Source: an uncultured candidate division Zixibacteria bacterium
GTDB lineage: Bacteria; Zixibacteria; MSB-5A5; UBA10806
Direction of reading: 5' to 3'
DNA: 64,000 bases
Assembly (NCBI GenBank): GCA_963817915.1
Contig: CAWFQL010000006.1
Location: 96,001-160,000 of the forward strand
The translations under genes and the position numbers were made by a program. The notes beneath the pieces were generated by a model. The model ran no database searches and had not been told where the DNA came from. It worked only from the letters and a program-made list of their open reading frames with translations. Positions 1-9,993 of the stretch are shown here, piece by piece; positions within the stretch are counted from its first letter, which is position 1, and every line of letters begins with the position of its first letter.

Positions 1-16
1 TTATTTATCGGGGATT

Positions 17-955
17 CTATTTTTCACGATTCGGGGCAAAATTGGCTTGCTTTAAGCTGTCGATAAAGCTCGAACGCACCCAATATAACTTAAACACATA
101 CATATTATTTGCTATGGCAAAAAAGTAGTATTTGCCATCGGGACTTACGTTCGATCCATATTCAAGCCCCGCTGTATTTATCTCCATTCCAAGATTCACG
201 GGTTCGGTCCATTGACCGCCTGTATTATAACTGATATATTGATCCCCCATGCCGAGACCGCCCGAGCGGATCGAAGTAAATATAAGGTAGCTTTCATCAG
301 GAGCAATGTAAGGATCGTATGCCCCGTCGGAACCCTCAACATGCGAATTTATAAGCGAATCCAATAATTCGACCGTGGAATAACTTCCATTGTCATACGG
401 AGATCGATAGATATTGTAAGCGCCGCCGCGATTGGAGCAAAAATAGAGTTTTCCGTTCGATGTCACTGTCGGGTGATATTGTTCTGCTTCCACATTGATA
501 GGCGAACCAAGCATTTCGGGAGTCGCCCATGATTGATTGAGGCGCTTCGATGTCCAGATGGAAGCGTACCGGACGAAATATATCGTATTTCCGTCGGGAG
601 AGAAAAAAGGTTCTTTTTCCTGCTGATTTGCCACAATGAAATTTGCCGTATCAAAATTGGCCCAAATGCCGTTATCATATTTCGAATACAGAATCGAGCA
701 TCTATTATTGGTTCTAATTCCGACCAGGCATTCCTTCATGTCCGGGGAAAAACTTACTTTTTGGTAACTTCTGCCCGGTATAGAATCATTGATAGGAGCA
801 AAAACGATGGCCGTATCGCCCGGCGACGTTAGCCCTAAATACGTGGGTGGATCTGGAATTACTTCATCCTTTGGCTTTGTCGATTCGTGCGCGCATGAAT
901 TTGCGAAAGCTAAAAGGGATAGGCTCATCCCAATGGCCAATAGCTTTTTTTGCAT
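17..955 (-). CDS. PD40/TolB-like beta-propeller lipoprotein (paralog 1)
   Basis: Lipobox-like FANSC; repeated P-x-(F/I/V)-(S/A)-P-D-G motifs; start set at MQKK (955) from AAGGAG RBS and identity with paralog 2. Confidence 0.8.
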   Translation of the reverse strand: MQKKLLAIGMSLSLLAFANSCAHESTKPKDEVIPDPPTYLGLTSPGDTAIVFAPINDSIPGRSYQKVSFSPDMKECLVGIRTNNRCSILYSKYDNGIWANFDTANFIVANQQEKEPFFSPDGNTIYFVRYASIWTSKRLNQSWATPEMLGSPINVEAEQYHPTVTSNGKLYFCSNRGGAYNIYRSPYDNGSYSTVELLDSLINSHVEGSDGAYDPYIAPDESYLIFTSIRSGGLGMGDQYISYNTGGQWTEPVNLGMEINTAGLEYGSNVSPDGKYYFFAIANNMYVFKLYWVRSSFIDSLKQANFAPNREK

Positions 956-1248
956 GTCCTTTTTCTCCTTAGGGAATAATTTGTATCTCATCTCGCTTCC
1001 CTATCGCCGGATGTCTTTAGTCAGTCGAAGCAAGTTACTTTGCCGTTCCAATACGGAATAAGGAATTCCATTTTGTTACATATACTTATATTTAAGCCGT
1101 ATTATGATAACGGCCACCCCCCTAATGCAGTGAGTGAAATTTATTGGCCGGCCTGTCGAAACAGAATATAGCCCAAATCTTGAAGTGATTTGGGTGCAAG
1201 TTCCTAATACCGCAGCGGTTTTGAGCTACAAACCGCTTAATACACAAA

Positions 1249-2163
1249 CTATTCTTTGAATTTCTCGAGTGCCGAAGCGGCGACCCAAAATATACTGTTC
1301 GCCTGCGCAGTGTGGCGAGTAAAGAACAGATATTTGCCATCGGCGGACAAATGGGCTCCAAACTCATCGTTCGGGCTATTGAATGCGGGCCCTAAATTGA
1401 CTGGTGTTCCCCATCCTCCGTTCCCATTGCTGAAACTCACGTAGAGATCTGCGCTACGACCATCCCGGCCGGAATTGAAAATAAGAAAATGCCCATCAGG
1501 AGCAATGCAGGGTCCGCCATCGTAAGCTCGCACATTGATTGGAGCGCCCAACAATACTGCCTGCCACGATTGGGTTGTATCTTTATATGTTTTGTATATC
1601 TGCATTATTCCAGAACGACTGGAGGCAATATACATAGTCCCGTCGGTCATAGCGCTGAAGCGATGTTCGTTACCATCACTATTAATTGGAGGAGGCAATG
1701 CAACTGGTACACCCCATGCTCCATTGGTATAGGACACGTTCCAGAGATCCCACGTCCCTATTGCTTTTTTCCCCGCAAATGTGAGATTGGCACCATCATC
1801 CGAAAAGACAGGTTCATTTGAATAAATGAAACCCGACGTGAAGGGGGCTTCTACAAAGGGAGTCCATACATCCGCCTGGAATTTCGAATAATATAGTTTT
1901 GGGCCTGAATAGTCAGCGGTACCGATCGAAAAGAAAAATTGAGTTCCATCCGGAGATAAAGCCGTGGCTTCTACCCAGACACCCGCCGAATCCAGCAACT
2001 CAGGAGCAAAAACGATCGGAGTTTCACCAGGCGGCGTTAGCCCTAAATATGTTGGCGAATCCGGCACTACTACATCAGTTGGTTTAGTTGATTCGTGCGC
2101 GCATGAATTTGCGAAAGCTAAAAGGGATAGGCTCATCCCAATGGCCAATAGCTTTTTTTGCAT
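1249..2163 (-). CDS. PD40/TolB-like beta-propeller lipoprotein (paralog 2)
   Basis: Same N-terminus as paralog 1; LSPDG, IAPDG, LSADG repeats. Confidence 0.8.
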   Translation of the reverse strand: MQKKLLAIGMSLSLLAFANSCAHESTKPTDVVVPDSPTYLGLTPPGETPIVFAPELLDSAGVWVEATALSPDGTQFFFSIGTADYSGPKLYYSKFQADVWTPFVEAPFTSGFIYSNEPVFSDDGANLTFAGKKAIGTWDLWNVSYTNGAWGVPVALPPPINSDGNEHRFSAMTDGTMYIASSRSGIMQIYKTYKDTTQSWQAVLLGAPINVRAYDGGPCIAPDGHFLIFNSGRDGRSADLYVSFSNGNGGWGTPVNLGPAFNSPNDEFGAHLSADGKYLFFTRHTAQANSIFWVAASALEKFKE

Positions 2164-2396
2164 GTCCTTTTTCTCCTTAGGAATTTTTTTTCTTCAATCT
2201 CGCTTCTCAACTGTCTGGTGTCATCCGGCTTGCTGAATACGAGTAACCTGCCATCCTAATACGGAAAGGAAATCCATTTTGTTACATTTACTTATATTAT
2301 GGCAAATTATGATGGCAAGTACCCCCCAGCCGCCATCGATTAAAATTTACAGGAGCCGGTTACAGCGACAGACTCAACGCCGTATCCTATTGCCGC

Positions 2397-2425
2397 GTAG
2401 AGACTTGCCACGACAAGTCTCTAAC
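2397..2425. repeat. GTAG-type REP palindrome
   Basis: GTAGAGACTTG-CCACGA-CAAGTCTCTA hairpin, intergenic. Confidence 0.6.
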
Positions 2426-2540
2426 CAAAAATACTCGGAATATTTTTCTTGCATTTTCTGCAACATTATCATATTATTCAGCGTATACTGATTTGTAAGA
2501 ATTATCAGCCGATACTGATAAGAAGAAAAAGGGAGCAAAT

Positions 2541-2840
2541 ATGACAAAAAAACAAAGCAAAAAAGGATGCTGCGACACCGGGGCAACGTCGCAGGATTGC
2601 TGCAAGGTGGAATATGTGGTCACTGTCGATGAACGGGGCCAGATGGTTCTGCCTAAGGAAGTGCGGGACAGCGCCGGCATCAAACCCGGTGACAAGCTCG
2701 CGGTTATTACTGTTAAGAGCGGCGGAAATATCTGCTGCATATCATTGATGAAAACCGATAACCTGGCCGGAATGGTAAAGGATATTCTCGGCCCGGTATT
2801 CAATACTATTACAAAGAACGAACCCAAAAAAGGAGAATAG
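2541..2840 (+). CDS. AbrB/MazE/SpoVT-fold Cys-rich protein, HgcC (hgcAB-associated)-like
   Basis: [22 protein letters not shown] AbrB signature flanked by three CC pairs. Confidence 0.7.
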   Translation: MTKKQSKKGCCDTGATSQDCCKVEYVVTVDERGQMVLPKEVRDSAGIKPGDKLAVITVKSGGNICCISLMKTDNLAGMVKDILGPVFNTITKNEPKKGE

Positions 2841-2842
2841 CC

Positions 2843-3682
2843 ATGGATAAGAAGGATATCAAACAGGCAGTCAAAGATCGTTACGGTAATATCGCCAAGA
2901 CCGATGGCGGCTGCTGCAGCGGAACTACAAGCTGCGGATGCGGCCCTGAATCATTCACCGATGTCAGCAAGATGGTCGGCTATACTGATAAGGATATCAA
3001 CGCTGTGCCTGAGGGCGCCAATCTCGGCCTGGGATGCGGCAATCCGGTGGCGCTGGCCAGTCTCAAGGAAGGCGAAACAGTGCTCGATCTTGGGAGCGGC
3101 GCGGGATTCGATTGTTTCCTCGCGGCCAATAAGGTCGGCAAAAAAGGCCGTGTAATCGGAGTCGACATGACTCCCGAGATGATCAAGAAGGCGCGTGCCA
3201 ACGCTGCCAAAGGCGGCTATGCCAATGTCGAATTCAGACAGGGCGAAATCGAAAAACTGCCCGTGGAAAATGATTCGATCGATATTATTATTTCAAACTG
3301 CGTAATAAATCTATCCACAGAAAAAGACAAGGTCTTCGGAGAAGCGTTCAGAGTGCTGAAGCCGGGCGGCAGGCTGATGGTATCCGATATCGTGCTTTTG
3401 GCTCCCCTACCCGAATATATCAAGAACAATATCATCGCGTATGTCGGCTGTCTGGCAGGAGCTGATTTGAAAGATGATTATCTTGCGTCTATCCGCAAAG
3501 CAGGATTTGAAGATATTTCTGTCGCCAAGCAAGATGCCTACTCTATCGAGTTTATGGCCAATGAATATTCAAAGTCGGAGAATTTCAGTTCAGAATTAAA
3601 AGCAAAAATCGATACGATTCCCGATAAGGACTACGAAATCGCCAGCATCAAAGTCTCGGCTAGAAAGCCAAAGAAGTATTAA
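2843..3682 (+). CDS. arsM: Arsenite S-adenosylmethionine methyltransferase
   Basis: [34 protein letters not shown] motifs with conserved Cys. Confidence 0.92.
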   Translation: MDKKDIKQAVKDRYGNIAKTDGGCCSGTTSCGCGPESFTDVSKMVGYTDKDINAVPEGANLGLGCGNPVALASLKEGETVLDLGSGAGFDCFLAANKVGKKGRVIGVDMTPEMIKKARANAAKGGYANVEFRQGEIEKLPVENDSIDIIISNCVINLSTEKDKVFGEAFRVLKPGGRLMVSDIVLLAPLPEYIKNNIIAYVGCLAGADLKDDYLASIRKAGFEDISVAKQDAYSIEFMANEYSKSENFSSELKAKIDTIPDKDYEIASIKVSARKPKKY

Positions 3683-3692
3683 ATAGGATCGC

Positions 3693-3724
3693 TGTTGTGT
3701 CGGGACGCCTGACCCGACACAACA
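3693..3724. repeat. REP-like hairpin family (TGTCGGG..GCCTGACCCGACA); other copies at 4681-4706 and 12984-13009
   Basis: Three near-identical intergenic hairpins. Confidence 0.7.
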
Positions 3725-3794
3725 TTTAATATGATTATAAACCAAACATTCAGCTAAATATCACAGCACCCCAATAACCAGGAGGATTAGTAAG

Positions 3795-4622
3795 ATGAAG
3801 AAGACAATTGTAATCTCGACAATCATGATCCTGACTTTGGCGGCAGTATCGATTGCGGTCAATCTCCCCAAAACCCAAATATCCAGTATTCTCGAATACA
3901 AGACGCCATTGGCGTTGACTGAGTCCCAAATTAAGAAATTGCAAATTATTGAAATAACCACTCAGCAAAAGCTCCAGGACTCCAAATCGCAGGCCGATAT
4001 CAGAATGGGCGAGATCGAAAAATTCACATCAAATTGGAAAGATATGAATAGTCTCGCGGTACAGGGACTGGTGAAAGAGTATTATGATTATATGACCAAT
4101 TATAAGCTCATTGAATTGGAGGCTATCGTAAAGGCTCGCGCTTTATTAAGCAAAAACCAGATAGGCAAACTTCAGGAGTTAGGCGCAACCGAATCGATGA
4201 CAAATCAAAGCGAAACCGGCATTAAATGCACTACTGTATCAGCTACGGATTGCTGTGCAAAACCGCAATCCAATTGCTGTCCTAGTCCAGGACCGAATTG
4301 CTGCCCGAAATCGGCTGAAATAAGCAATCCGAAAACTATGGCGACTCCCATTACTGCCGGATTTGTAAGCAGCGCTGCGTCGAGAGTGGATTGCAGTCCG
4401 AAATTGGATGCGAATTGCTGCCCGCCCCCGGGACCGAATTGCTGTCCGAATTCAGCTGAAATAAGCAGTCCGAAAACTATCGCGACTCCCATAACTGCCG
4501 GATTTGTAAGCAACGCCGCGTCGAGAGTGGATTGCGGCCCGAAACCAGATGCGAATTGCTGCCCGCCCTCGGGAACGAATTGCTGCCCGAAAGCCGCCGC
4601 GACAAGCTGCCAGATACCATGA
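3795..4622 (+). CDS. Exported protein: Spy/CpxP-like helical domain plus Cys-Cys-rich repeated tail
   Basis: GGAGG RBS, signal peptide, LALTESQ..KL and LLSKNQ motifs; 18 Cys in the C-terminal half. Confidence 0.7.
   Translation: MKKTIVISTIMILTLAAVSIAVNLPKTQISSILEYKTPLALTESQIKKLQIIEITTQQKLQDSKSQADIRMGEIEKFTSNWKDMNSLAVQGLVKEYYDYMTNYKLIELEAIVKARALLSKNQIGKLQELGATESMTNQSETGIKCTTVSATDCCAKPQSNCCPSPGPNCCPKSAEISNPKTMATPITAGFVSSAASRVDCSPKLDANCCPPPGPNCCPNSAEISSPKTIATPITAGFVSNAASRVDCGPKPDANCCPPSGTNCCPKAAATSCQIP
4272..4592 (+). repeat. In-frame 141-bp (47-aa) tandem repeat, about 2.3 copies
   Basis: Units start at 4272, 4413 and 4554 (NCCP.PG.NCCP...). Confidence 0.9.
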
Positions 4623-4635
4623 TTTGATTGTAAAT

Positions 4636-4662
4636 GTAGGGCAGGAGTCGAAGACTCCTGCC
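4636..4662. repeat. GTAG-type REP palindrome
   Basis: GTAG-GGCAGGAGTC-GAA-GACTCCTGCC. Confidence 0.6.
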
Positions 4663-4750
4663 AAATAGATATTAAAAGGTGCTGTCGGGTCGCCTGACCC
4701 GACAGCCCTTGCCATTTATAAACGTCGCGTGAACCCACCGGCCACCACAA

Positions 4751-6520
4751 TCAATTATTATCGATCCGAATATTCCTGAATCTCTTCCGTCTATCGTATG
4801 GAGTAATATCAACAATTTCGCCGGCCCTGAATCTTTTTGTCATATTGAGCCAGAATTCCAATGTAAATAAATCGCCGTGAACCGATTTAAAGATTCCCTT
4901 CAGCAAATAAGGGATTCCCAGGAAATGATCTATTTCATCTATAAAAAAGTCATACGGCGCGGATGATATCCATTCCTCATCGCCCCGCATGTCATTGTAT
5001 TCATCGCGCGACCAGGGTTTAATTCGAAAATTAGCGTCTTCAAGAGGAATTACATCATCGTAATCATACAAAACAACCTTTCCCCGCTTGGTAACTCCGT
5101 AATTCCAGTTATTGAAAAGATCGCAGAGGAAAATTCCTGTTGCCGTAAGGTCCTTGAAGAAATATCCAAAATCGAGAACAATATTGCGAATCATTTCGGG
5201 GTCTTTTTCCTCATCCAAAAAGATTGGTAACGGCACAACCTTTCTCTGCAAGTACGCGTGTCGGATAATGACATATTCATCTTCAAACGACACAGCTTCT
5301 TTAGCGGCGATTCGAAATTCTTTCAATAGCTCTTTCGAGAATCGTTTCTTCTTGAATTTGAGATTTTCGAATTCCTGTGTATCGACTATTCGTCCGACAC
5401 GATCCCGCTTACAGACGAAATTATATTGATTGATTACTTCCGATCGTTCGATTGATTTGGTAGTGATATCATCGGTCCTGATAAAACAGGGCCGATCCTT
5501 TATTATCTTGAATATCGCTCCATAATCCGGCAGTGTGAATGCTATCATTACCGAGCCTTCTTTCCCGGGAGCGATTACGAACTGCTCCTTGGACGTATGC
5601 ACAAATCGATGCAGGTCTCGATAAAATTCTGTTTTGCCGTGGCGATTATAGCCGATTGAAATATAAAGCTCTGCAACGGGCTTTTTGGGAAGAATCGATT
5701 TAATAAAATCAATTAAGGCATCATGCCTGCTGAATTCCACCCTGAAATAAGAATGGGCAAATCCGAAGACCACGCTGACATCAGCCTCATCGAGCAGAAC
5801 CGTATCCACATAAATCCCCGAGTCACCATTATATAATGGCAATACGAACGGGAAGTAATGAGAATCGGCTTGAATCCTGCCGACCAGGTAAGCGGCTTTA
5901 TTTCGGAAAAACGGGGTCTTGATCACCTCGATAACGAATGAATTATCATTGTGGATAATCGGCCAGAGATAGAGATTCAATTCTCGGGCTACGAATTCGG
6001 AATCCCTGACTATATCCTCATATTCGACTTTGAATTTAAAATCGAGAATTATCTTTCTAATAAGCTCAGTGGTGGATTTCTCATGAACATATCGATTAAA
6101 GATCGGTTCTAATGGCAATACCACTGGAGGCGGATCCTCGAGATGGAAAAACTCCACTTCCCTGTCTATGCCTACTGTCGAAAGTAGTTTTCTGGTAACC
6201 GAATTGAAGAATGTTTCCGCCAGCTCAAAATCATGTCGACGCGCAATAAGGTCTTCGAAATTCTGCTTGGCCGCTATTAATATATTTCGAGCATTACCAT
6301 GCTTATTAATAATTTGATTAATTTCAAATGAGACGCGGGCAAGAGTTCTATCATAAAGCTCGGACCTATGGACTGTATCCTTATATCCGCCCTTCCATTC
6401 CTTCTTTTCAAATCTGATCTTTGCCTTGCGAGTAATTTCAAGAAATTCGATCGTATAAGAATCGAATGCTTCTCGTATAAGTTCGGCAACTTTTCCCGCT
6501 ATTGATTCGCTCGATCCCAT
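4751..6520 (-). CDS. aceK: Isocitrate dehydrogenase kinase/phosphatase
   Basis: ELAETFFNSV, FFRNKAAYLVGR, GKTEFYRD, APGKEGSVM, NYGVT..G.V.LYDYD; start approximate. Confidence 0.9.
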   Translation of the reverse strand: MGSSESIAGKVAELIREAFDSYTIEFLEITRKAKIRFEKKEWKGGYKDTVHRSELYDRTLARVSFEINQIINKHGNARNILIAAKQNFEDLIARRHDFELAETFFNSVTRKLLSTVGIDREVEFFHLEDPPPVVLPLEPIFNRYVHEKSTTELIRKIILDFKFKVEYEDIVRDSEFVARELNLYLWPIIHNDNSFVIEVIKTPFFRNKAAYLVGRIQADSHYFPFVLPLYNGDSGIYVDTVLLDEADVSVVFGFAHSYFRVEFSRHDALIDFIKSILPKKPVAELYISIGYNRHGKTEFYRDLHRFVHTSKEQFVIAPGKEGSVMIAFTLPDYGAIFKIIKDRPCFIRTDDITTKSIERSEVINQYNFVCKRDRVGRIVDTQEFENLKFKKKRFSKELLKEFRIAAKEAVSFEDEYVIIRHAYLQRKVVPLPIFLDEEKDPEMIRNIVLDFGYFFKDLTATGIFLCDLFNNWNYGVTKRGKVVLYDYDDVIPLEDANFRIKPWSRDEYNDMRGDEEWISSAPYDFFIDEIDHFLGIPYLLKGIFKSVHGDLFTLEFWLNMTKRFRAGEIVDITPYDRRKRFRNIRIDNN

Positions 6521-6670
6521 TACCACCCCACAGTCGCAAAACAAAGATAAATTACAAAGTCACTACAATTATTGTACTGTTTGATATGAAATTCAACAAG
6601 AATTATTTAAATCTCGACTATGCCATCGGGGCATTCGACATCAACGGTAGTTTTATATAGACAATCTTAT

Positions 6671-7013
6671 GTAGGTCGGTGTTCCGAATCCGCCGCAGGC
6701 GGATGAGAAACCCGACAATATAAGCAAGCCGTTGGGTTTTCGTCCGAGCCGGATTCAAACTCTGATCTACTAAGAACCTTCCCTACTCGTGATGATGAGC
6801 GGTCTTTCCAATATGGCTCTTATGGCGGAAAAAGAAATAATTGTAGGTCGGCGTTCCGAATCCGCCACAGGCGGATGAGAAACCCGACAATATAAGCAAG
6901 CTGTCGGGTTTTCGTCCGAGGCGGACTCAAACTCCGACCTACTAAGACTATGCCTTACTCGTGATGATGAGCGGTCATTCCAATATGGCTCTTATGGCGG
7001 AAAAAGAAATAAT
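6671..7013. repeat. 172-bp tandem duplication: GTAG...CTAC REP doublet plus last ~58 bp of the MFS gene
   Basis: 6671-6841 aligns to 6843-7013; element 6843-6942 bounded by GTAGGTCGG/CCGACCTAC. Confidence 0.9.
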
Positions 7014-8199
7014 CGGCGGTAGTGGCAATTGTATACAGCCCGACTGTCGTAAGCATCACCTGAGTGAATCCGTAATGCTCGATTATAATCCCACCGAGAT
7101 TGGCGGATACCATCCAGGATGAATTCCAGGCAAGCGACAAAACCGAATTTGCCCCGGCTCGTTGCTCATCCGGCACAAGCTCCATGGCAAAATTGCTATA
7201 CATCGGCGCCGCCATATTCATCAAACTTCCGCGCATGAAAAACGCGATAGTCGAAAGAGTCAGATTCTGCGAAAACGCGAGGATAACAAAAAATGGAATC
7301 GATAAAAACTGAGTGATCACCACTGTTTTAAGAAGCCCGATCCGTTTGGCCAACGCCGGACCGATCAGGAATCCGACCGCTGTAAATATCGCGCCGATTG
7401 AGAAGATTCGCCCGATAGCGGCCGACTCCAAATTAAACCGCTTAAGAAAATAGAGATTCAGAAATGGTATCACCAGACCGGCCCCCATCCCCACGATGAA
7501 ATGGGGAATCATCAGCTTTGACATCGTCTTCCAGTCCCTCGCGCCGAAATATTCTGATATCCGAAATTTGCCTTTTTTTATAGGTTCATCGGATTTGATC
7601 ATCAGATAAAAAATCAGCGAGGTTAGAGCCAGCGCCGCGCCGCCTATCAAGGTATACCTGTAACCGAAAACAAGCGATACTCCACGCCGTGCCAATTCTG
7701 TCGGTATAAAGCCACCGGCCAACGACCCTATAAACCCGGAAATCGTATTCAGGGCCATATTCACTCCGAAAAGATATGGCCGTTCTTTCGGCGAGGAGTT
7801 GCGCATAAAAAATGGCGACCCCGCCACCATGAAGACCGCGCCCATCGCCCCGGTGATTCCGTATAAAATGCGCATCGAATCCGCCTGAGTCGACATGGCC
7901 ATTCCCATTCCGGAAAATGCCGTAACTGTCGCCGCCAGCATTAGTATCTGTTTTACCCGAACATGATCTACAATTATCGCGGCCGGGACAACGACCAGAA
8001 CAGTTCCAATTGAGGATGCTGAAATGATACTGCCGATTTTGCCTTCTTGAAATCCGAGCTGTTTGAGATAGAGATTCAGCAGCAGCCAAAAAACAGATGA
8101 CCCGAACCCCATAAAGAATGACGCCATCAGAAAAAGCCTGGCATTTCTCGAAAAAAGCTTAAGGTGATTGATGTAATCCTGAACATGGGTTTTAATCAT
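6955..8199 (-). CDS. MFS transporter
   Basis: About 12 hydrophobic segments, MFS-like loops, 414 aa. Confidence 0.88.
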   Translation of the reverse strand: MIKTHVQDYINHLKLFSRNARLFLMASFFMGFGSSVFWLLLNLYLKQLGFQEGKIGSIISASSIGTVLVVVPAAIIVDHVRVKQILMLAATVTAFSGMGMAMSTQADSMRILYGITGAMGAVFMVAGSPFFMRNSSPKERPYLFGVNMALNTISGFIGSLAGGFIPTELARRGVSLVFGYRYTLIGGAALALTSLIFYLMIKSDEPIKKGKFRISEYFGARDWKTMSKLMIPHFIVGMGAGLVIPFLNLYFLKRFNLESAAIGRIFSIGAIFTAVGFLIGPALAKRIGLLKTVVITQFLSIPFFVILAFSQNLTLSTIAFFMRGSLMNMAAPMYSNFAMELVPDEQRAGANSVLSLAWNSSWMVSANLGGIIIEHYGFTQVMLTTVGLYTIATTADYFFFRHKSHIGMTAHHHE

Positions 8200-8409
8200 C
8201 TTGTAATTCTACCAAAATAATCCTGAATAATCAATTTATGTTGAGCGATTTTAAAAAATCATATAATCGATCACATAAATCATATTTTCAAATATTCGAG
8301 AAACAAATTTTTGTTGCACAATGTTGTTATTCAATGCAAAATATGCCTGGTTTGTTTGTTTTTGTAATCGACAGCTTTAATTCGATAATATTCAACTCAA
8401 GGAGGACTA

Positions 8410-9300
8410 ATGAGGAAATTCTTATCAGTGTCTTGCGCGGCGTTAATCGCGATATCGATCGCAGGGTATGGCAATCTATCTGCCGAGCCATGGAAAAAAA
8501 CGTTAGACTTGGGGCTTAATCTGACCCAGAACGCCTATTCCAATAGCTGGACCGGCGGAGAAATCGGCAATGCCACCTGGGTCGCCAATGCCAACGGAAT
8601 ATTCGAAAAGCAGATTTCGCCCAAATTCAATTTCAAGAACAGTTCTAAATTGCAATTCGGTCAAACAATTTCGCAGGATAAGGAAACCAAAGACTGGCAT
8701 CATCCGGTAAAATCGACCGATAAGATCGATATTGAAAATCTCGGTAGATTGACTCTTCATGCATTCGTCGATCCTTATGTGGCATTCAGAATCGAAACCC
8801 AATTTCTCGACGCTTCCGTGAATAAAGTAAATCGATACCTGAATCCGCTCCTGCTTACAGAATCAGCCGGTGTATCCAAAACAATTTATGCCAAAGATAA
8901 AAACCAGGCCCTTACTCGTTTGGGATTCTCCGTCCGCCAGAATATCGACAGAATTGTGGTAGACACATTGGCAAAAACATTAAGAACCAAGATTGCTACC
9001 GATGGCGGTATTGAATCGGTCTCCGACGCCCAATTCGCGCTTTCTACGAATCTATCTTATGTCGGCAAATTATCTCTGTTCAAGGCTCTCTTTAATTCCA
9101 AGAATGATTTATATGTCGGCACGCCGCAGGAAAATTATTGGAAAGCTGTTCATGTTAACTTTGAGAATTCGGTTGTAGCAAGTGTCGCCAAAAATGTCAT
9201 GGTCTCACTATATGTCCAATTGCTCTACGATAAACAAATCTCCTTGAAGGGACGGTTTAAACAGACATTGGCCCTGGGAGTCACGTATAAATTAATATAA
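8410..9300 (+). CDS. Outer-membrane beta-barrel protein (DUF3078-like)
   Basis: Signal peptide, LNLTQ.AYSNSW..G motif, C-terminal LGVTYKLI; AGGAGG RBS. Confidence 0.7.
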   Translation: MRKFLSVSCAALIAISIAGYGNLSAEPWKKTLDLGLNLTQNAYSNSWTGGEIGNATWVANANGIFEKQISPKFNFKNSSKLQFGQTISQDKETKDWHHPVKSTDKIDIENLGRLTLHAFVDPYVAFRIETQFLDASVNKVNRYLNPLLLTESAGVSKTIYAKDKNQALTRLGFSVRQNIDRIVVDTLAKTLRTKIATDGGIESVSDAQFALSTNLSYVGKLSLFKALFNSKNDLYVGTPQENYWKAVHVNFENSVVASVAKNVMVSLYVQLLYDKQISLKGRFKQTLALGVTYKLI

Positions 9301-9369
9301 GAAACTGAATAGTATCCGAGATTGAAGCAAAAACAGGTTACATTGATTAAAATTAGGTGAGGAGCGATT

Positions 9370-9810
9370 ATGTTTAAGGAATTTAAAGAATTTGCCATGC
9401 GGGGCAATGTCCTTGATATGGCGATAGGTATTATCATCGGAGCGGCGTTTGGCAAGATCATAACATCATTGGTTAACGATATCCTTATGCCTCCTCTCGG
9501 ACTGGCTATCGGCAATGTTAATTTCCCCGATCTTTTTATTAATCTTTCCAAAGAGCATTATGAGACATTATCGGGTGCCAAAAGCGCCGGTGCCGCAACA
9601 ATCAACTATGGGCTTTTTGTAAATACAATAATCGATTTCATTCTGGTTGCCTTCGCGCTATTCCTAATGATTAAGCAGTTCAACCGGTTTCAAAAGAAAC
9701 CGGCCAAGGTCGAAGTACCGACCACCAAGGAATGCCCTCATTGCTATTCCAGCATTCCGATTAAAGCCACCAAATGCGCTCATTGCACATCGGAGCTAAA
9801 GACTGCCTGA
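9370..9810 (+). CDS. mscL: Large-conductance mechanosensitive channel with C-terminal zinc ribbon
   Basis: [30 protein letters not shown]; tail CPHC...CAHC. Confidence 0.95.
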   Translation: MFKEFKEFAMRGNVLDMAIGIIIGAAFGKIITSLVNDILMPPLGLAIGNVNFPDLFINLSKEHYETLSGAKSAGAATINYGLFVNTIIDFILVAFALFLMIKQFNRFQKKPAKVEVPTTKECPHCYSSIPIKATKCAHCTSELKTA

Positions 9811-9993
9811 CACAGTGGCAATGATCTGTACAAAAATAGTTTTTTTAAAATAGGAAATTAATTCCTTATTTCATTTGACCGAACAATTGAAAAATAATAT
9901 TCTTTAACCGGAAGATGCCCGCATTTATTCATTAGAAGGAAACTGATTACCGGGCAAATCAATTTTTTTAGCAAGCGCAGCAAGGAAGTTTAA

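Noticed and set aside
882..2181. Diversity-generating retroelement template/variable repeat pair
   Set aside because: The repeat is identical, lies at the 5' signal-peptide end, shows no adenine-specific mismatches, and no reverse transcriptase is present
4205..4750. 181-aa minus-strand ORF with GQQF repeats
   Set aside because: Antisense mirror of the Cys-rich repeat gene, which has the RBS and signal peptide
4272..7013. CRISPR array
   Set aside because: The repeats are a coding 141-bp tandem and a 172-bp duplication; no repeat-spacer periodicity and no cas genes
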